Shown piece after piece: positions 8,295-17,670 of a stretch of DNA of 32,000 bases (the stretch's first letter is position 1; each line of letters begins with the position of its first letter). Location: assembly GCF_001735745.1 (NCBI RefSeq), contig NZ_CP017260.1:540001-572000 (forward strand), given 5' to 3'. The notes beneath the pieces are model-generated. The model searched no databases. It was not told the origin of the DNA and saw only the letters and a list, made by a program, of their open reading frames with translations. The translations under genes and the position numbers were made by a program. The stretch is from Formosa sp. Hel1_33_131. GTDB taxonomy: Bacteria > Bacteroidota > Bacteroidia > Flavobacteriales > Flavobacteriaceae.

Positions 8295-8771
8295 ATGGGG
8301 ATCCTAAAACTGATCTTATTGAGTGCCTTTGCGAGCGTCGCCTATCAGGATTTGAAGGACCGCTCTGTGTATTGGTTTTTGTTTCCAGCCATTGGCATTT
8401 GCGTCGGAATTCTCTTTTTTCAGGAAACCTCAGCGGCCTTGTTTTTGGAAGCCATCCTACTCAATTTGGTATTTATTGGTCTGTTGTTGGGCGTGATCTT
8501 TTTGTATGCGACCTATAAACTAAAAATGAAATTATCGGACACAATTGGTTTGGGTGATGGACTGTTGTTTGTCGCGCTGGCATTTGGTTTTGCCCAATTG
8601 ACTTTTATGATTGTCTTTGTGTTTGGATTGGTAGGTTCGTTGCTTTTACATCTAGTTCTAAAAAAATCTAAATCAGAATCCGTGCCCTTAGCGGGCTATA
8701 TGAGTGTGTTTTTTGCATTCGTTTATGCTGCCCATTGGATGGGTTTTTTAACCCCTGCTTATACCTTATAA
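8295..8771 (+). CDS. Short A24-family prepilin peptidase (no methyltransferase domain)
   Basis: 158-aa polytopic membrane protein. Both catalytic Asp contexts are present (AYQDLKDRSVY and GLGDGLLF). It starts 2 nt after the pilin stop. Confidence 0.75.
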   Translation: MGILKLILLSAFASVAYQDLKDRSVYWFLFPAIGICVGILFFQETSAALFLEAILLNLVFIGLLLGVIFLYATYKLKMKLSDTIGLGDGLLFVALAFGFAQLTFMIVFVFGLVGSLLLHLVLKKSKSESVPLAGYMSVFFAFVYAAHWMGFLTPAYTL

Positions 8772-8772
8772 T

Positions 8773-10179
8773 TTGAACGAAGATTTTCACATAGCAACCC
8801 ATTTATCGCAACTTATTTCGAGTGCGCAAGCCTACCATTACCGGATCATTCCTGTGGAGGCGCACAATGGCAGCTTGACGTTTAAATCCGATCAAGTGTC
8901 TGATCATTTGACACAGGAATTACAAATCATCTTAAATAAAGAGATTGAACTCCTTGAAGACTCCACCGAAAACATACAACAGTATTTGAGTGTGAATTTT
9001 AGACCACAGTCTAAAAACCCCCAAGAAGACTTGCGTTACAGCACGGATTTTTTAGAAAAACTACTCTTGACCGCTAAAGATATTGGGAGTAGTGACATTC
9101 ATTTTGAGCCTTATGAATTTAGGTGTCGCGTGCGCTACCGATTGGATGGGAAATTGAAAGAACAGTTTTTTATTTCTTTGGAAGAATACCCAGTGATTAT
9201 TAACAAACTCAAGATAAAAGCAAATTTAGACATCTCCGAAAAACGCCTCCCACAAGATGGGCGGATCACGGTCAAAGCCAATGGCGATGAATTTGACATT
9301 CGGGTGTCCACCCTCCCCACGCTGCATGGCGAAAAAATTGTGCTTCGTATTTTAAGTAAAGATGCCACCCTTGTTAATTTAAGTGAATTGGGATTTACAG
9401 CCTCGGAACTCAAGCTCTATACGGAAACGCTGAAAAAACCCAACGGAATTATTTTAATTTCTGGCCCCACAGGCTCTGGAAAAACGACAACGCTCTATGC
9501 CACCCTGAAGCTTCTGAACGACGAAACAACTAATATTCTTACCATTGAAGATCCGATAGAATATACGCTAGAAGGCATCAACCAAGTGCAGCTTAAAGAA
9601 AGTATTGGATTGGATTTTTCGAGTACTTTAAGAACCTTTTTACGACAGGATCCTGATGTGATTATGGTGGGAGAAATTCGGGATGTAAAAACTGCTAACA
9701 TGGCCATTCGCGCCGCGTTGACAGGGCATTTGGTATTGTCCACCATCCATACCAATTCGGCTTGGGCAACGATTTCGAGATTAATTGACATGGGCATCCC
9801 TTCCTTTTTAATCGCCAGCACCTTAAACGTCAGTGTTGCGCAGCGTTTGGTTCGGAAACTATGTCCCGTTTGCAAAAAAGAAGCTCCCATCTCAAAAGGG
9901 TTATTCCCTGCTGATTTTAAAATACCCAACAACTTAAAAACGCATTTCAAAGCGGAAGGCTGTAACGATTGTTACCACACAGGCTATCAAGGACGACGGG
10001 CGATTTATGAGATTTTGCCGATCCAAAAAGCCTTAACCGAACACATCAAACAAAACACCTTAGAAATTGAAGATTATAGTATAAAAAATAATATTAAAAC
10101 CCTTAAAGACAATGCATTAGATCTAGTAATCAACGGTGTCACTTCTATAGATGAAGTATATACCCTGCTTTCTAGTTAA
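8773..10179 (+). CDS. pilB: PilB/GspE-family type IV filament assembly ATPase
   Basis: Walker A GPTGSGKTTT, Walker B/Asp box DPDVIMVGEIRD, His box GHLVLSTIHTN, and the tetracysteine motif CPVCKK...CNDCYHTGYQGR. Apparent TTG start 2 nt after the peptidase stop. Confidence 0.9.
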   Translation: MNEDFHIATHLSQLISSAQAYHYRIIPVEAHNGSLTFKSDQVSDHLTQELQIILNKEIELLEDSTENIQQYLSVNFRPQSKNPQEDLRYSTDFLEKLLLTAKDIGSSDIHFEPYEFRCRVRYRLDGKLKEQFFISLEEYPVIINKLKIKANLDISEKRLPQDGRITVKANGDEFDIRVSTLPTLHGEKIVLRILSKDATLVNLSELGFTASELKLYTETLKKPNGIILISGPTGSGKTTTLYATLKLLNDETTNILTIEDPIEYTLEGINQVQLKESIGLDFSSTLRTFLRQDPDVIMVGEIRDVKTANMAIRAALTGHLVLSTIHTNSAWATISRLIDMGIPSFLIASTLNVSVAQRLVRKLCPVCKKEAPISKGLFPADFKIPNNLKTHFKAEGCNDCYHTGYQGRRAIYEILPIQKALTEHIKQNTLEIEDYSIKNNIKTLKDNALDLVINGVTSIDEVYTLLSS

Positions 10180-10219
10180 AATATAGCTGCTGTCATTACC
10201 CTAGTTTTATCTCTAAAAA

Positions 10220-12439
10220 ATGAAAAAAATAATCCCCATAGTTGCCTTATTAATTTGCAGTTTCACTCATGCGCAAAATCCGGATCAACGTATTTTGAAC
10301 ATCAAAAATCAGTTGGAATTGTTATCAACGGAAGTGAATGGATTGACCGAAAATGTCAAGACTGAAATTAACGTTGACAACATCACCCTCTCCAATTTTT
10401 TGTTAGCGGTTTCGGATGTTCATAAAGTAAATATTAATGTGTCGCCAGAACTGAATCAAATTAGTATCGCAAATAATTTTACGGACGTATCCGTCGCAGA
10501 TTTACTGGTATTTTTATGTAAAGAATACAACTTGACCATTGATTTTACAGGAAACATCCTTTCAATTAAACAGTATTTTGAAACCCCCGAAACCCCCGAA
10601 AAACGGGTCATTCCCATCACCTACGACCCAAATAATCAGACCATTTCTATCGATGCGAAAGGAGATTCGCTTTACGACGTATTCAAACGCATTATGGATG
10701 AAACTGGGAAAAACTTAGTGTTTTCCCCAGGTCTTGAAGCTAAATTGTTGACGGCCTATATTCAACAAACGCCTTTTGATACTGCGATGGACAATATGGC
10801 TTTTGCAAATAATTTATATGTAGAACAATCAAAAGATGGGTTTTATCTCTTTGAAGATAATTCGCCTAGCGGAACAACTTCTAATTCAAATACTTCCAAT
10901 TCTGGAAATCAACGCCCTGCAAGATCCCGGAATTCTAACTTCTTTTTTAATGTGCTCAACTTAGAAAATCAATTGTTAGAAGTTGATTTTGTCAATACAT
11001 CCATTGCTGATATTATCAATGATATTGGCAATGCCCTCAACATTGATGTGTTTACTGCAACACCTTTAGACCAAGCAGGTATGGCGACCTTTAAAGCCAA
11101 GTCTATTTCTTTTGATGCTCTATTAACCAAGATTTTTGAAGGACAAACGACTCAAACTTCCGAAACTTCAAATCCTAACAATCCTAACAATTCAAATTTT
11201 AATAACCCGAACCAACGGTCATTATCAAATGTAAAAAGTTCCAAAGGCTCCAAGCATTTTACCTACAAAAAAGAAGGCACCATTTATTTCTTTGGAACCG
11301 AAAATCAGTTGAGTGTTCGTGAAGTTGCGATCATTCATTTACAACACCGTTCTGTAGAATTGCTATCAGACCCAAGCGGAGGCGGCAGTCGCAGCAGCAG
11401 TCGAAACGCTAGAAGTCAAGTGCAAAATACCAATACAAACTCAAGAAATAACACGAATTCTAATTCGAATCAAATTGATAATTACAGCAATCGTAACCGA
11501 GAACAACTGAATACCAATTCAAATCAATCCTTTAGTAATTACAGTAGCAAAGCGGAGGCATTGGTGAATATTCTTCCAGATGAAATTAAAAAAGATTTGG
11601 ACATTAAAGTGGATTATGAACTCAACAGTTTTTACGTCAATGGCCCGAGCAGTAACATTGGACGGTTCAAGGATTTTATATCTAAAATTGACAAACCTGT
11701 CCCCGTTATTTTAATTGAAGTTATGATGATTGAGGTTAACACCAACGCTATTGTAGAAACAGGAGTCAGTTGGGGCATTGGAAAAGAGCCAACAACCACT
11801 AGCGGTGGAATCTATCCAGAAACAGACCTTAGCTTAGGCGCACACACTATTAATAAGGTTATTGGTGGCTTTGACGGCTTTGGGTCTTTTAACTTAGGGA
11901 AAGTGATTCCTAATTTTTTCGCAACAATTAAAGCCATGGAATCCAATGGAAATTTAAAGGTGCGCTCCACTCCCAAACTCTCAACGCTAAATGGACACCG
12001 TGCGCGATTTTCAAATGGACAAACCTCCTATTACGCCGTTACCCAACGTAATATTTATGGTAATGACAATCCACAAACGTCTGAAATTACAAACTACCAG
12101 CCTATAGAAGCAGAATTGGGGCTCACCATCAAACCCATTGTTTCGGGAGATGGACAAGTCACCTTGGATATTTTTGTAATTCAGTCCAGTTTTAGAGGTC
12201 GAATTTCAAAAGATGCACCGCCAGATATTAGCTCTCGAGAATTCAGTTCCATTATTCGCGTGAGAGATCAAGACATTGTCGTTTTAGGAGGTCTGGAGGA
12301 GCGACGAACAAATAACTCAGGGTCGGGAGTTCCCTTTTTATCAAGAATCCCCATTATAAAATGGCTGTTTAGCAAACGGGTACGAGAAGGTCGTAAATCT
12401 AAATTAACTGTGTTAATCAAACCCACCATTATTTACTAA
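10220..12439 (+). CDS. Secretin (GspD/PilQ family) with Asn/Ser-rich low-complexity inserts
   Basis: Signal peptide MKKIIPIVALLICSFTHAQ. C-terminal secretin motifs STPKLSTLNGHRARF, VVLGGL and VPFLSRIPIIKWLF. Confidence 0.9.
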   Translation: MKKIIPIVALLICSFTHAQNPDQRILNIKNQLELLSTEVNGLTENVKTEINVDNITLSNFLLAVSDVHKVNINVSPELNQISIANNFTDVSVADLLVFLCKEYNLTIDFTGNILSIKQYFETPETPEKRVIPITYDPNNQTISIDAKGDSLYDVFKRIMDETGKNLVFSPGLEAKLLTAYIQQTPFDTAMDNMAFANNLYVEQSKDGFYLFEDNSPSGTTSNSNTSNSGNQRPARSRNSNFFFNVLNLENQLLEVDFVNTSIADIINDIGNALNIDVFTATPLDQAGMATFKAKSISFDALLTKIFEGQTTQTSETSNPNNPNNSNFNNPNQRSLSNVKSSKGSKHFTYKKEGTIYFFGTENQLSVREVAIIHLQHRSVELLSDPSGGGSRSSSRNARSQVQNTNTNSRNNTNSNSNQIDNYSNRNREQLNTNSNQSFSNYSSKAEALVNILPDEIKKDLDIKVDYELNSFYVNGPSSNIGRFKDFISKIDKPVPVILIEVMMIEVNTNAIVETGVSWGIGKEPTTTSGGIYPETDLSLGAHTINKVIGGFDGFGSFNLGKVIPNFFATIKAMESNGNLKVRSTPKLSTLNGHRARFSNGQTSYYAVTQRNIYGNDNPQTSEITNYQPIEAELGLTIKPIVSGDGQVTLDIFVIQSSFRGRISKDAPPDISSREFSSIIRVRDQDIVVLGGLEERRTNNSGSGVPFLSRIPIIKWLFSKRVREGRKSKLTVLIKPTIIY

Positions 12440-13641
12440 TGCTAAATACCATTTGGACATATCTACAGTATGGAAAGCACTTTTGTGGGGTTGAACTCAG
12501 CACCCATAATCAGACTGAAATTCTAAATGCAACGGTACTGCTTCAATCTAAAAAAGAGCTCAACATCAGTGCTTCTTTTAAAGATAATACCATTGAAAAT
12601 CTATCGAAACATCTACCGAAACACCAACATATTGTTTTGATCGTTAATAATGACAAAGTACTTTCTAAAACAATTGAAAATAAACAAACGGATGCTTTAA
12701 AATTAGTTTATAGCGCATTCCCAAACATCAATCTTGAAGATTTCTATTTTGAAGTCCTCTCTCAAAAGAACTCGCATTTTATAAATATCTGTCGGAAAGA
12801 TTATATAAATACACTTGTAGAAACCTATGCGAAACATCAACTTTTAATACTCAATATATCTTTAGGAAATCATTCTCTGAGCAACCTCATGGAGTTTATC
12901 CAAGAGGAAACGATTTACAGTTCTAATGCTAAAATCACTCTGGAAAACGATGACATCTTACAGATTGAAAAGGGAGCTGTTGTTTCAGAAAATTATGATA
13001 TAAATGGCAGTAGTGTGACCAATCATCAGTTGCTCTCTTTTTCGGGAGCCCTCCAACCTATTTTAAAAAACAGCAACACAGAAACCAACTTTTCAACAGA
13101 AAAAAAACACTTAGAAGACAGTTACAAACAAACGCGGTTTTATAATCTATTTATAAAATTTGGAGGTCTCTTTATTTTAGGGTTATTATTAATTAACTTT
13201 TTCTTTTTTAATCATCATTTCGATAGCGTAAATGAATTGGAGCAAGTCTCAGAAATAAATCAAGTTACCAAAAAACAAATCATTATACTTAATGAAACCG
13301 TCTCCAAAAAACAGAAAATGGTAGATGATTTACTAAAAAGCAATGGATCTAAAAGCTCGTTTTACAGTCATACTATTATCGAAAGCTTACCGGAAACCAT
13401 TCTGCTCTCAGACTACCATTACCAGCCTTTGTTAAGGCGCATTAAAGAAGATGCTCCTATTCAATTAAGTGAAGATCACATTCTCGTTTCAGGCAGCTGT
13501 ATTAAGAGCTCTGATTTTTCAGAATGGATTAATCATTTAGAAAAAATGGGGTGGATTGCTAAAGTTGCTATTGTAGAGTATCGCAATACGAGTTCCAAAA
13601 AATCAGAATTTAAAGTTTCTATCCTTATAAGAAATGACTAA
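12439..13641 (+). CDS. PilM-like cytoplasmic domain fused to a PilN-like bitopic domain (assembly/alignment protein)
   Basis: 400 aa with a single TM (FIKFGGLFILGLLLINFFFF), then a coiled coil and a periplasmic domain. The start overlaps the secretin stop (TAATG). Assignment rests on architecture and position only. Confidence 0.55.
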   Translation: MLNTIWTYLQYGKHFCGVELSTHNQTEILNATVLLQSKKELNISASFKDNTIENLSKHLPKHQHIVLIVNNDKVLSKTIENKQTDALKLVYSAFPNINLEDFYFEVLSQKNSHFINICRKDYINTLVETYAKHQLLILNISLGNHSLSNLMEFIQEETIYSSNAKITLENDDILQIEKGAVVSENYDINGSSVTNHQLLSFSGALQPILKNSNTETNFSTEKKHLEDSYKQTRFYNLFIKFGGLFILGLLLINFFFFNHHFDSVNELEQVSEINQVTKKQIIILNETVSKKQKMVDDLLKSNGSKSSFYSHTIIESLPETILLSDYHYQPLLRRIKEDAPIQLSEDHILVSGSCIKSSDFSEWINHLEKMGWIAKVAIVEYRNTSSKKSEFKVSILIRND

Positions 13642-14146
13642 ACAGCAAAAAAATATAGCCCTCACAGTATCTTTTATTTTGGCATTGATCCTTTGTTACC
13701 AACTCGCCATCAAAAACACCCTTCAACTAAAAGAACAACATACCCATTTAGCAAATGAGGCTGTATCTCTCAAAAGTGCACCCCAGCAATTAGCCTTGTT
13801 AAAACAAAAAAATGTTTATTATGATTCGCTCTTAACAAGGTTCCAATTGGGTGGGTCTTCGATTCAAAACAATCTTCTTAAAGTCATCAATACCTACGCC
13901 AGTAATAACGCATTAAAGGTGGTTGATTTTCTAGAACCCCACGTCTCTACAAATGATAACTTAGTGATCAAAACCTATGATTTCACGCTTGAAGGCACTT
14001 ATAACAACATCAATCAACTTGTCTATTTATTAGAACAAAAAACTAAATTTGGGGAGGTCATCAGTCTTCATTTTGAAAAAAAGAAAAACTATAGAACGGG
14101 ACGGTTTTATTTGCAAGCAAGGATTTTGTTAAAGAGTTTTGGCTGA
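13634..14146 (+). CDS. PilO-like bitopic assembly protein
   Basis: 170 aa with an N-terminal TM (IALTVSFILALILCYQLAI) followed by a coiled coil. 8-nt overlap with the upstream gene (ATGACTAA). Assignment rests on architecture and position only. Confidence 0.5.
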   Translation: MTKQQKNIALTVSFILALILCYQLAIKNTLQLKEQHTHLANEAVSLKSAPQQLALLKQKNVYYDSLLTRFQLGGSSIQNNLLKVINTYASNNALKVVDFLEPHVSTNDNLVIKTYDFTLEGTYNNINQLVYLLEQKTKFGEVISLHFEKKKNYRTGRFYLQARILLKSFG

Positions 14147-14201
14147 TTTTTAATCACAATCTAAAACTGAGACACAAACTCTCAACTTTAACATTCATAA
14201 T

Positions 14202-14286
14202 GCGCACGTGGCGGAATTGGTAGACGCGCTAGCTTGAGGGGCTAGTGGGAATTATTCCCGTGGAAGTTCGAGTCTTCTCGTGCGCA
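14202..14286 (+). tRNA. tRNA-Leu (anticodon GAG), class II with a long variable arm
   Basis: Folded by hand. Acceptor stem GCGCACG/CGTGCGC. Anticodon stem CTAGC/GCTAG with loop TTGAGGG (anticodon GAG). Long variable arm TGGGAATTATTCCCGTG. T arm GGAAG-TTCGAGT-CTTCT. Discriminator A. No encoded CCA. Confidence 0.9.
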
Positions 14287-14364
14287 CTTTTGTATTATTT
14301 AAGTTCAACATTTTGTTTTTAATGTTTTTTTGATTAGTTTAGTTGACCCAAATCTTATTAAAAC

Positions 14365-15264
14365 ATGAACACAATTAAAACCTCCTTTAGCATAAAGGAC
14401 TTAGAAAATCTTTCTGGAATTAAAGCCCATACCATTCGTATATGGGAGAAACGCTACAATCTTCTCGTGCCAGAACGCACAGACACCAACATTAGGACTT
14501 ACAATTTAAGAAGCTTACAAAAGCTGATGAACATTAGTTTCTTAAACAGTAATGGCTATAAAGTCTCTAGAATTGCAGTACTTGATGAGTTTCAAATTGC
14601 AGCAAAAGTAAAAGAGGTTTCGTATTTAGGAAATACGGAACCACATGCCTTTAATGCCTTTAAACTGGCGATGCTAAATTTTGACCAAGCACTTTTTTAC
14701 AACACCTATAACCGTTTGTTAGAGGAAAAAAGCTTTCGTGAAATTTTTTACGAACTCTTCATTCCCATCATACAAGACATCGGTTTTTTATGGCAAACAC
14801 TCACTATCAAGCCTTCCCATGAGCATTTTTTATCTGTTCATATTCGACAAAAAGTGTTGATTCATATTGAGCGCATACAAAGTTCAAACCCGAAACCTGA
14901 TACAAAAACGTTTGTGTTGTTTTTACCACTCAATGAAATTCATGATATTGGACTTTTGTTTATAAACTACGAACTTTTGAGTCGTGGATACCACACAATT
15001 TATCTTGGTGAAAGTGTCCCTATTGAGGACCTTACCCTTCTTAACGCTCTTTATGAAGACATTACATACGTCTCTTATTTCACCATCAAACCAAACCCTG
15101 AAGAGGTTGAAGGTTATTTGAAAAAACTCTATACGGAAGTAATTAAAAACACTACTAATTCGGTGCGGTTACTTGGAACACGTTTTATAGATTCTAAACC
15201 CAAAAAACTTCCAAAACAGATGAAACTCTATAAATCTATCAAGAATTTAGTTAAAGATTTGTAA
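14365..15264 (+). CDS. carH: CarH/LitR-type MerR-family transcriptional regulator with a B12-binding photoreceptor domain
   Basis: N-terminal MerR HTH (FSIKDLENLSGIKAHTIRIWEKRYNLLVPERTDTNIRTY). Wx9EH motif (WQTLTIKPSHEH). ExHxxG cobalamin-ligand motif (EIHDIG). Directly upstream of crtI-crtB-crtZ-cyclase. Confidence 0.8.
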   Translation: MNTIKTSFSIKDLENLSGIKAHTIRIWEKRYNLLVPERTDTNIRTYNLRSLQKLMNISFLNSNGYKVSRIAVLDEFQIAAKVKEVSYLGNTEPHAFNAFKLAMLNFDQALFYNTYNRLLEEKSFREIFYELFIPIIQDIGFLWQTLTIKPSHEHFLSVHIRQKVLIHIERIQSSNPKPDTKTFVLFLPLNEIHDIGLLFINYELLSRGYHTIYLGESVPIEDLTLLNALYEDITYVSYFTIKPNPEEVEGYLKKLYTEVIKNTTNSVRLLGTRFIDSKPKKLPKQMKLYKSIKNLVKDL

Positions 15265-15319
15265 AAAATCGTTAGACACATACTAACTGTATTGGCTTTT
15301 GCTTATTTTTATACGCTAA

Positions 15320-16789
15320 ATGAAAAAAACAATACAAATTATTGGTTCTGGGTTTTCATCCTTGTCTGCAGCCTGCTATTTAGCACAAGCGGGACATACG
15401 GTCTCCGTCTATGAAAAAAACAGTACTGTGGGCGGTCGTGCACGCCAACTAAAAAAAGATGGATTCACTTTTGATATCGGTCCTTCCTGGTATTGGATGC
15501 CGGATGTATTTGATCGCTTTTTTGGCGATTTTGGTAAAAAAACGTCTGACTACTACCACATTGACAAACTAGACCCCGCTTATAAAATATTTTTCGACGA
15601 TGAGATTATCACCATCGGAGATTCTATGGATAAAATTTGTGCAGAATTTGAACGCATCGAAAAAGGAAGTGGCCTCAAGCTTAAAAAATTCATAGACAAA
15701 GCACAAAGCAATTACGGAATTGCTGTCAATAAAATCTTGTACAATGCGCCAGGAGTCTCTCCTTTAGAATTAGTTACAAAAGATACTGTGAAGCGCTTAG
15801 ATCAGTTTTTCAAAACCATCAGTCACGAAGTTCGAAAAAACTTTAGCAATCCAAAGTTAATTTCAACACTTGAATTTCCCTCCCTATTTTTAGGAGCCAA
15901 ACCGACTAAAACCCCTTCGTTTTTTAGTTTTATGAATTATGCCGATTTTGGTTTAGGGACTTGGCATCCAAGAGGTGGCATGTATGAAATCATCAAGGCA
16001 ATGGAAGCCTTAGCTGTAGAGTTGGGAGTGCAAATTCACACCAACCACCCTGTAGATAAAATTGTGGTGGACAAGACTACTGTGAGCGGAATTGTGACCA
16101 AAGATGTGTTTATAGAATCTGACATTGTACTCAGTGGTGCAGACTATCACCATTCCGAAACTTTGCTAGACGCAGCATACCGACAACATTCTGAAACGTA
16201 TTGGGACAAAAAAGTATTTGCGCCTTCCTCCTTGCTATTTTATATTGGATTGGATAAAAAACTTAAAAACGCAGAACATCACAATTTGTTTTTTGATGCT
16301 GATTTTGAGAAGCATGCCGAAGAAATATACGACGATCCAAAATGGCCTAGCCATCCGTTGTTCTATGCCAATGTTCCATCAAAAACAGATCCTTCAATGG
16401 CACCAAAAGGTTGTGAAGCCTTGTTTATTTTGATGCCAATCGCTCCAAATATTGAGGACACTCCTGAGCTCAGAAGCCACTATCTTGAAAAGATAATTGA
16501 AAGATTTGAAGAAAAAACAAAGCAATCGATTCAAAATAATATTATATTTAGAGAATCCTTTTGTGTTGACGACTTTAAATCTGAATACAATTCATACAAA
16601 GGAAACGCCTACGGAATGGCAATGACACTATTACAAACGGCCTTTTTAAGACCGAAATTAAAAAGTAACAAAGTCAAGAATTTATATTTTACAGGACAAT
16701 TGACCGTCCCTGGACCAGGAGTGCCCCCTTCTCTAATCTCCGGAAAACTGACCTCAGAACTTATACAAAAGATGCTAGACAAATGTTAA
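15320..16789 (+). CDS. crtI: Phytoene desaturase
   Basis: 489 aa. N-terminal FAD fold IQIIGSGFSSLSAACYLAQAGHTVSVYEKNSTVGGRA. Typical CrtI C-terminus (LYFTGQLTVPGPGVPPSLISG). Carotenoid cluster context. Confidence 0.9.
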   Translation: MKKTIQIIGSGFSSLSAACYLAQAGHTVSVYEKNSTVGGRARQLKKDGFTFDIGPSWYWMPDVFDRFFGDFGKKTSDYYHIDKLDPAYKIFFDDEIITIGDSMDKICAEFERIEKGSGLKLKKFIDKAQSNYGIAVNKILYNAPGVSPLELVTKDTVKRLDQFFKTISHEVRKNFSNPKLISTLEFPSLFLGAKPTKTPSFFSFMNYADFGLGTWHPRGGMYEIIKAMEALAVELGVQIHTNHPVDKIVVDKTTVSGIVTKDVFIESDIVLSGADYHHSETLLDAAYRQHSETYWDKKVFAPSSLLFYIGLDKKLKNAEHHNLFFDADFEKHAEEIYDDPKWPSHPLFYANVPSKTDPSMAPKGCEALFILMPIAPNIEDTPELRSHYLEKIIERFEEKTKQSIQNNIIFRESFCVDDFKSEYNSYKGNAYGMAMTLLQTAFLRPKLKSNKVKNLYFTGQLTVPGPGVPPSLISGKLTSELIQKMLDKC

Positions 16790-16822
16790 GCAGCTTAGTT
16801 AAAAAATTTAAAATTTAAGTTT

Positions 16823-17662
16823 ATGAAGTCCATATTTGATGCTGTATCACAAGACTGTAGTCGGATTATTACTCAGACCTATAGCACCTCGTTTTCGATG
16901 GCCACAAAAATGCTGTCGAACTCGATTCGTCAGGATATTTATAATATCTACGGCTTTGTACGCTTGGCGGATGAAATTGTAGATTCATTTCACGACTATG
17001 ACAAACAAGCGTTATTCATTCAATTTGAAGCAGATTTAGAAGCGGCACTTATTAATAAAATCAGCCTCAACCCTATTTTGAATTCCTTTCAACACACCTA
17101 TCATACCTACGCTATTGATAAAGACATGGTAGATGCTTTTATGAATTCAATGCGTCAGGATTTGCATAAGACGGTCTATCACACGGATGAAGAATATAAA
17201 AATTACATTTATGGCTCTGCCGATGTGGTTGGTCTGATGTGTTTAAAAGTCTTTGTAAAAGGGGATGATAAACGCTATGAGTCGCTCAAGAAAACAGCTA
17301 TGGCGTTGGGCTCTGCATTTCAAAAAGTAAATTTCTTGAGAGATTTAAAAGCAGATCACGATGAATTGAATCGAACATACTTTCCTAACACGGATTTAAA
17401 TAATTTAGATGAAATCTCTAAAAAGGCAATTATTGACGATATTGAAAATGATTTCGCTGAAGGATTGAAAGGGATTAAACAACTGCCTTTAGAAGCTAAG
17501 TTTGGTGTTTTTATGGCGTACCGTTATTACAATCAACTGCTTAAAAAACTAAAAACAACCCCTGCACTCGAAATCAAAAGTACCCGAATTCGAGTCCCTG
17601 ATTATAAAAAAGTAGAACTGCTCACCCGTAGTTATGTCAAATATCAACTCAATCTATTATAG
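16823..17662 (+). CDS. crtB: Phytoene synthase
   Basis: 279 aa. Squalene/phytoene synthase motifs (YGFVRLADEIVD, YIYGSADVVGLM, AFQKVNFLRDLKAD). Confidence 0.9.
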   Translation: MKSIFDAVSQDCSRIITQTYSTSFSMATKMLSNSIRQDIYNIYGFVRLADEIVDSFHDYDKQALFIQFEADLEAALINKISLNPILNSFQHTYHTYAIDKDMVDAFMNSMRQDLHKTVYHTDEEYKNYIYGSADVVGLMCLKVFVKGDDKRYESLKKTAMALGSAFQKVNFLRDLKADHDELNRTYFPNTDLNNLDEISKKAIIDDIENDFAEGLKGIKQLPLEAKFGVFMAYRYYNQLLKKLKTTPALEIKSTRIRVPDYKKVELLTRSYVKYQLNLL

Positions 17663-17670
17663 CCTTTATT

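Noticed and set aside
14202-14286. tRNA-Leu as the attachment site of a genomic island carrying the pilus and toxin-like clusters
   Set aside because: No integrase is present and no direct repeat of the tRNA 3' end was found in the window; the only partial match, ttcgagtc at about 17590, is 8 nt. The accessory genes also lie on the 5' side of the tRNA, not the usual 3' side.
14301-14311. aagttcaacat matching the CarH operator half-site pattern nAnnTnnACAn upstream of the regulator gene
   Set aside because: There is only a single copy. Described CarH operators are tandem repeats and the flanking 11-mers do not fit, so this is probably chance in AT-rich DNA.
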